Source of the DNA: Acidimicrobiales bacterium
GTDB lineage: Bacteria; Actinomycetota; Acidimicrobiia; Acidimicrobiales; Aldehydirespiratoraceae
Assembly (NCBI GenBank): GCA_965214945.1
Contig: OZ244029.1
Location: 872,533 to 936,532 of the forward strand
Direction of reading: 5' to 3'
DNA length: 64,000 nucleotides
A model generated the notes under the pieces. That model made no database searches. It had not been told where the DNA came from and was given only the letters and a program-made list of their open reading frames with translations. Positions 59,083 to 64,000 of the stretch are shown in pieces. Position 1 is the stretch's first letter. Each line of letters begins with the position of its first letter. The position numbers and the translations under genes are program-made.

Positions 59083-59460
59083 ACGGACTGTATCGGTTTC
59101 TGCCTGGATACTCGATCAGTCTGGCCGGATTCGAGCTTGTCGACATCGGGACACAAGAAGGCGGCCGCTGACTGAACGCGGCCATGTTCGGCACTACGAT
59201 CGTCGTCGTTTTGGCCCGCAATCTCGCCGAGACAGGTAAGCTTTTCAGAGTTCGCATGGATGACAACTCCGGCCACTCTATGCTCGATGCAGTCGAAGAT
59301 CATCATCAGGCTTCACGGTCCGAGTCAGCCCACCTCCGCGATCACATGGATTATGCTGCTCGCAGCCGCTCTGACCTGCTGGACAGCTGGAGGCAGCCAA
59401 ATTCTGCCCCCCCCCCTCTCTCTCGCAGTAAGCTAGGCATATACTGCAGCGCGCCGTTCG
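59083..59460 (+). pseudogene. Internally deleted fragment of the same membrane-protein family (paralogue 2)
   Basis: Aligns to paralogue 1 at LYRFLPGYSISLAGFELVDIGTQEGGR (then a stop). It then jumps about 400 nt to LARNLAETGKL...GHSMLDAVE, and carries a C10 tract at the homologous position. Confidence 0.65.
59407..59416 (+). repeat. C10 homopolymer tract in the fragment
   Basis: Counted directly: attctg + 10 c + tctctc. Confidence 0.9.
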
Positions 59461-59673
59461 TGGTGGTTCGTGGCCCTGGAACGCTGCTGCCAGTCCCAGC
59501 TGCGGCCGAAGCCTCCGGCGAGCCGATCGAGATTCCCGAGTATCTCTGCCAGGAGGGCTACGACGCCCAGGGGCACGATCTGGCGGGCTGGTTCCAGTTC
59601 CAGCCTTGGTGGGACGAACTGACCGAGAGGAGCCAGAGTTCCTGGAGAGCCAGAGTTCCTGGAATAGACTCCC

Positions 59674-61270
59674 ATGCTTAGACCGGCACCTGCTTCGAGG
59701 TTGCCTGCGTTCGTCTCAAGAGCACTGCCCCTCCTCATAGGGGGCATAGCTCTTTTGGCAACGATCGTGATCCTGATCCGCACGCGCTATGGGCCGGTAA
59801 TCACCTACGATTCTTTTAGGTACATTTCGACAGCGGAGAATTTGGCTAATGGTCAAGGCTTGATCCACTTTCACGGGGGGCCGCTTGTCAAGTTTCCTCC
59901 TGGCTATCCGATGATGCTGGCGCCGTTTGAGTTGTTTGGGATTGGTGCTAGGGAGACCAGCCGCTTTCTTAATGCTCTGCTTTTCGGCTCGACTGTGCTG
60001 ATTTCGGGGCTTTGGCTTAGAAGCGTCTGTAGATCCGTCGGTCTTGTGATTGTGGCTACCCTCGCAATCGCAGGTCCGACGACATATCACAGGGTTGCCA
60101 GTGCATACCTCTCTGAGCCGTTGTACATGTTTGTCACGGTCGGCTCGCTGATCTTGATCTGCGAGTTGCTCAGACGTAGCGGAGACCCAGCTTCTGAGAT
60201 ATCCCCCCCCCCCCCTAGGGATGTTGCTGGCAGCCGGGCTCCTGGCGGGCCTCGCTGCCTTGACTCGCTACGTCGGCGTGGCACTGATCGTCAGCAGCAC
60301 CTCTGTTCTCTTGCTGGCCTATGCCCGCAGAAAAGCATCTTGGATGCAGCGCCTGCTGCCTGCGGTCCTCTTCGGTGCGGTCGGTATTCTGCCGATCAGC
60401 GCCGTTCTGGTTCGCAATTTGGCTGTCAGTGGCACCTTGACGGGAGATCGCTCGAACGAAAGCACCGGCCTTTCGTTCCCGGAAGCAGCTCAGGAGCTGC
60501 TCGCTCTGTTCGCACACTCGGAGTTTAGGGTTGCGACGATTCTCGTGTTGTCCGCGGTCTTGGCTGCGATCGGATTTCGCACGCGGATACTGTGGCGAGC
60601 GCTCACAGCTGCCCGCACCATACCGTTCGCCGCTTTTGCGGTGGTCCACTCGCTGGCGATCTTGGCCACCCAGACATGGACCAGCGAGCCTCCGAGCCCT
60701 CGGTTCTTCCTGCCTGCCTATGTGGCGCTGCTGTTCGTGTTCAGCGAAGCCTTGGATGCTGCGCTTCGACAATCAAAGAGACCTGAGGCAGCCACTTCGC
60801 TTGCTCACAGGTTTGCGTTGATAGCAGTTGTCTTGTTGTGCATGATTCCGCTCAGGAGCATGTGGAACGACAATTATCAGGAGGCTCGCAAAGGATGGGA
60901 GCATGACTCTCTCATGAGCGACTTCCCCGACCTTCGCGACTCGCCGATGGTCGACTATTTGGGGCAGAACGTTCTTGATTGTGAACAGGATTGCGATAGA
61001 GTGATCACCAATAGCCTGTGGGCCGCATTTTGGATATTGGGTTTGCAGCCGCTGGAACTTCTTGTTTCTGGTGATGAAGACTATTGCTTAGACTGGCTGA
61101 GTCAGTATCAGTATTCTCGCCCTCGCTACGTTGTCTGGTTTGCCAATGTTGGCCCGCATGATACCGGTGAATACTGCGATATTCCGTCTCTCGCGTCCAG
61201 CAGTCCGAAGCTGGAGCTGCGTCAGGAGTTCTCTGACGGAGCGGTCTATTGGTTCGACCCTTCTGCCTAG
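59674..61270 (+). pseudogene. GT-C-like membrane protein, paralogue 3; frame broken at a C13 tract
   Basis: YDSFRYISTAENLANGQGL and FPPGYPMMLAPF. The frame of 59674 enters the C13 tract (60203-60215). The conserved continuation MLLAAGLLAGLAALTRYVG...EFSDGAVYWFDPSA is in the frame of ORF 60221. C12 or C15 would give one ORF. Confidence 0.6.
60203..60215 (+). repeat. C13 homopolymer tract at the frame break of paralogue 3
   Basis: Counted directly: gagatat + 13 c + taggg. It sits at a different position in the protein from the tract shared by paralogues 1, 2 and 4. Confidence 0.9.
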
Positions 61271-61598
61271 ACCGTCTGCCATCAGATGGTGCCCAAAGGA
61301 GTGCGTGATGGCACCACAGAGAAAGCCATAACCGACTACCTGACCGTTCACCAACCTGGTGACCTCGGAGATCCGCCGCAGGTTCTCCGAGCGGTCCGGG
61401 GCGCTTGAGGGTGTGGGCGTTCGCCGGATGCGGCCATGCTCGCGCGAACGCCCTACCCGCTGGAGCGCAGGGGTGCAGGCGCGACTGCCCAGAGGAACGC
61501 GACAGCCCGGACGAGCACAACAGCGCGACAGCCCGGACGAGCAGAGGCAGGGCCGCCCGCAAAGGCCCGGCGGGCGCCCTGGCGTAGAATCTGCGCTG

Positions 61599-61998
61599 AT
61601 GTGCGCAGCGGCGACGACCGATTATCGGCTCAGCCATATCGAGCAGCTCGAGTCCGAGAGCATCGAGATCATCCGCGAGGTCGTCGCCCAGTCCGACCGC
61701 CCGGTGATGATGTACTCGATCGGCAAGGACAGCTCGGTGATGCTGCACCTCGCCCGCAAGGCCTTCTACCCGGCCCGGCCGCCGTTCCGCTGCTGCACAT
61801 CGACACCACCTGGAAGTTCCGCGAGATGATCGACTTCCGCGACCGCACAGCCTCGAAGACCGGCCTGGAGCTGATAGTGCACACCAACCCCGGGCCTGGC
61901 CGCAAGGCGTCAACCCCTTCGACCACGACCCCGCCTACTACACCGGCGTGCTGAAGACCCAGGCCCTCAAGCAGGGCGGCTTCGATGCGGCATTCGGG
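61599..61998 (+). pseudogene. cysD: Sulfate adenylyltransferase subunit 2 (CysD) pseudogene
   Basis: [48 protein letters not shown], then [18 protein letters not shown] in a second frame, then [31 protein letters not shown] in a third. The remainder of cysD is deleted. Confidence 0.8.
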
Positions 61999-62890
61999 TG
62001 GTTCGACGGCCCGCCGCTGCTGGAGCACCTGGAGACGGTCGACGTGGCCGCCGATGCCGATCTCGGCGTCTTTCGCATGGCGGTCCTGAACGTGATCCGA
62101 GCCGACGGCGACTTCCGCGGGCTGGCAGGCACGGTCGCCTCGGGGGTGGTCCGCCCCGGCGACGAGCTGGTGGCGCTATCCTCGGGAGTGGAGTCTGCCG
62201 TGGAGCGGATCGTGACCTTCGACGGCGACCTCGATGCCGCCGGGCCGGGTCGTGCGGTCGCCTTGTCGTTGAGCGGCGAGATCGACGTGAGCCGCGGCGA
62301 CTGGCTGGTGTCGGATCGCAGTGCGCCGCTGCGCTCCCACGACGTAGAGGCCATGGTCGTGTGGATGAGCGCGGCGTCTCCGCTGACCGCAAGCTGCTGT
62401 TCGACCCGTACGCGGTCAACCGCCGGACCGGCTCGTTCATCTTCGTAGACCGCCTTAGCAACGCCACCGTCGGCGCGGGCATGATCCTGGGCGCCTTGTT
62501 GTCGTGGGACCGCACGCCGCAGTCCAGCCTGGTGCGCCGGGTGTCGGGCATCGAGGCCCAGGAGCGCTCGATCGCCACGGCCAGCAGCCCTGCACGGTGC
62601 TGATCACCGGCCTGACCGCGGCGGGCAAGTCGACCATCGCCACGGCCCTGGAGCGCGAGCTCTTCGACCGGGGCAAGGTGACGGTGCGCCTCGACGGCGA
62701 GAACGTGCGCCTGGGCATCAGCCGCGACCTCGGCTTCAGCGCGCCGGAGAGATCGGGAGAACCTGCGGCGCATATCGGAGGTCGCCAGGCTGGTCAACGG
62801 CCAGGGGCTGATCGCCATCGCCGCCGTGGTCGCCCCGGACGCCGAGGTGCGCTCGCGTGCCAGGGACCTGCTCACGCCGGAGCGCTTCAT
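61999..62890 (+). pseudogene. cysNC: CysN/CysC (sulfate adenylyltransferase subunit 1 / APS kinase) pseudogene remnant
   Basis: Joined directly to the cysD stub at FDAAFG|WFDGPPLLEHLETV; the GTPase domain is missing. FRMAVLNVIR...FRGLAGTVASGVVRPGD. APS kinase P-loop CTVLITGLTAAGKSTIATALE. At least three further frame changes. Truncated at about 62890 (LLTPERF). Confidence 0.75.
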
Positions 62891-62903
62891 GACTTGCATT
62901 CTT

Positions 62904-64000
62904 TCAGCGCGAGGAGTCGAAGCGGTAGATCGCCCCGTCTCCGAACTCCTGGGTCAGCTCCAGCTCTGAGGAGCCCGCTGCCAGGGCCGGGATGTCGCAG
63001 GAGGTCCTGCTGCTGCCAGCCCTGGGCTCGTCGAACCAAGCGATTTGGAGACTCCTGCTCTCCGACCCGTTTGCGTAGCTTGCGAAAGCAGTGAGCCGGT
63101 CGAGACAGTCTGCTTCCGTCAACGGCGAATTCCCGGGCCACCATCCCGGCAGGTTTCTCGTCGGCTGGATGCCCGTCAGCAGGTAGACGCCCATCGCCCG
63201 GTTGCTGTAGAGGCTCTCGTCTGTGGCGTGGTTCTCCAGGTGAGTGATCACAGGCGATTCGGCGATTCCCTCGATGATGGCGCCGGGATAGTGGCCGAGA
63301 GCGAGCGACTCGCGTGCCCTGAGCACGTTGTCGTATGACGAGGAGGCCAGAGCGAGGACGACAGTCGCGCTCACGCCTGTCAACAGCAAGTTCCTCGCAA
63401 GACCGCTCGACCCTTCCTGCCGCGCTGTGCTGTGCATTGCGGTGTCCAGCGCCTCGCAGCCCACGAAGACCAAGGCGATCGCGGCGGGCAGGTACAGGCG
63501 GGCATTGACCGGCCCTGGGTGGAAGGGTTGGATGAGCACGAGAGTCGCCGCATAGAGCAGCGCAAACGTGGCGAACGGGGCACTGCGCTCGATGCCGTGC
63601 TTGTTTCCGGGGGGGGGTCTGGCGATGTGGTGCCTTCCGGCTGTCAAGCCGATCAGGGCGGCGGCGAGCAGCATGATCAATCCAATTGAGAGGGTGGGCC
63701 TGCTCGGACCTTGAAGAGTGATGATGGTCTCGAGTGCGTCCAGCATGGTATGGTCGGTGCCGCGGCCCAGGCGATCCCCGAGGAGTCGGCCCGTTACTGC
63801 TAGGTTGCGGGCCAGGACGGCCACTACCAGGACGGCGACGACCGGCAGAGATGCTGCCAGGCCGAACACCGTCGCCGCCTGCAGCCGGGACCACATCGAT
63901 GTTCGCCCCGGTCGCCAAAGCAGAAGGAGCCCGAAACTGCTTGCTACGGCCACGACGCCTACGTAGCGAACGACTTCGGACAACCCCGCCAGCAGCCCTG
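62904..64000 (-). CDS. GT-C-like membrane protein, paralogue 4; 5-prime end outside the window, reads through a 9-nt tract in frame
   Basis: The minus-strand frame is open to nt 64000 (GLLAGLSEVVRYVGVV...). The tract encodes the RPPPG region in TAGRHHIARPPPGNKHGIERSAPFATFALLY, homologous to the paralogue 1 junction. The C-terminus EFGDGAIYRFDSSR matches the other copies. Confidence 0.65.
   Translation of the reverse strand, partial: GLLAGLSEVVRYVGVVAVASSFGLLLLWRPGRTSMWSRLQAATVFGLAASLPVVAVLVVAVLARNLAVTGRLLGDRLGRGTDHTMLDALETIITLQGPSRPTLSIGLIMLLAAALIGLTAGRHHIARPPPGNKHGIERSAPFATFALLYAATLVLIQPFHPGPVNARLYLPAAIALVFVGCEALDTAMHSTARQEGSSGLARNLLLTGVSATVVLALASSSYDNVLRARESLALGHYPGAIIEGIAESPVITHLENHATDESLYSNRAMGVYLLTGIQPTRNLPGWWPGNSPLTEADCLDRLTAFASYANGSESRSLQIAWFDEPRAGSSRTSCDIPALAAGSSELELTQEFGDGAIYRFDSSR
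63609..63617 (-). repeat. G9 (C9 on the coding strand) homopolymer tract in paralogue 4
   Basis: Counted directly: ttgtttcc + 9 g + tctgg. Confidence 0.9.

Noticed and set aside
1-64000. A search by eye for tRNA, rRNA, CRISPR arrays, integrases, transposases and phage structural genes.
   Set aside because: I found none. The intergenic regions are short or filled with gene relics. A tRNA or small ncRNA could still be missed without tRNAscan or Infernal.

Overview
High-GC (probably Actinomycetota, by inference) chromosomal segment that reads as a heavily rearranged defence island interleaved with a LacI-controlled catabolic and transport cluster. All calls come from reading the supplied translations and sequence by eye; no HMM or BLAST search was possible. 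In order: (1) a 5-prime-truncated DndD-like SMC/ABC ATPase with a small coupled gene. (2) A five-gene class 1 DISARM operon (drmD SNF2 helicase, drmMI N6-adenine methylase, drmA helicase, drmB DUF1998, drmC PLD), translationally coupled throughout. drmMI carries a G13 tract, drmC is frameshifted, and degenerate direct repeats of about 0.8-1.1 kb (a decayed enolase-superfamily gene plus a cupin gene) bracket the operon. (3) An uncharacterised two-gene module (RHH DNA-binding protein plus a 775-aa GHKL ATPase) behind a very AT-rich promoter. (4) SDR, sugar ABC transporter, 2-oxoacid dehydrogenase E1 alpha/beta, M24 hydrolase, LacI regulator, oxidoreductase and ThuA-like genes, with four LacI-type palindromic operators. 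(5) A third enolase fragment, a triply disrupted C5-cytosine methyltransferase pseudogene and a Druantia type III-like pair (druH-like, 1788-aa druE-like helicase-DUF1998). (6) A type II R-M pair. (7) An uncharacterised four-gene coupled operon ending in a DUF3696-like AAA ATPase, with a paralogous gene scar directly after druE. (8) An MMPL transporter. (9) A cluster of paralogous GT-C-like membrane protein genes carrying long G/C homopolymer tracts (candidate contingency loci, or an assembly or sequencing issue) that flank a decayed cysD-cysNC locus. I found no rRNA, tRNA, CRISPR array, transposase or integrase.
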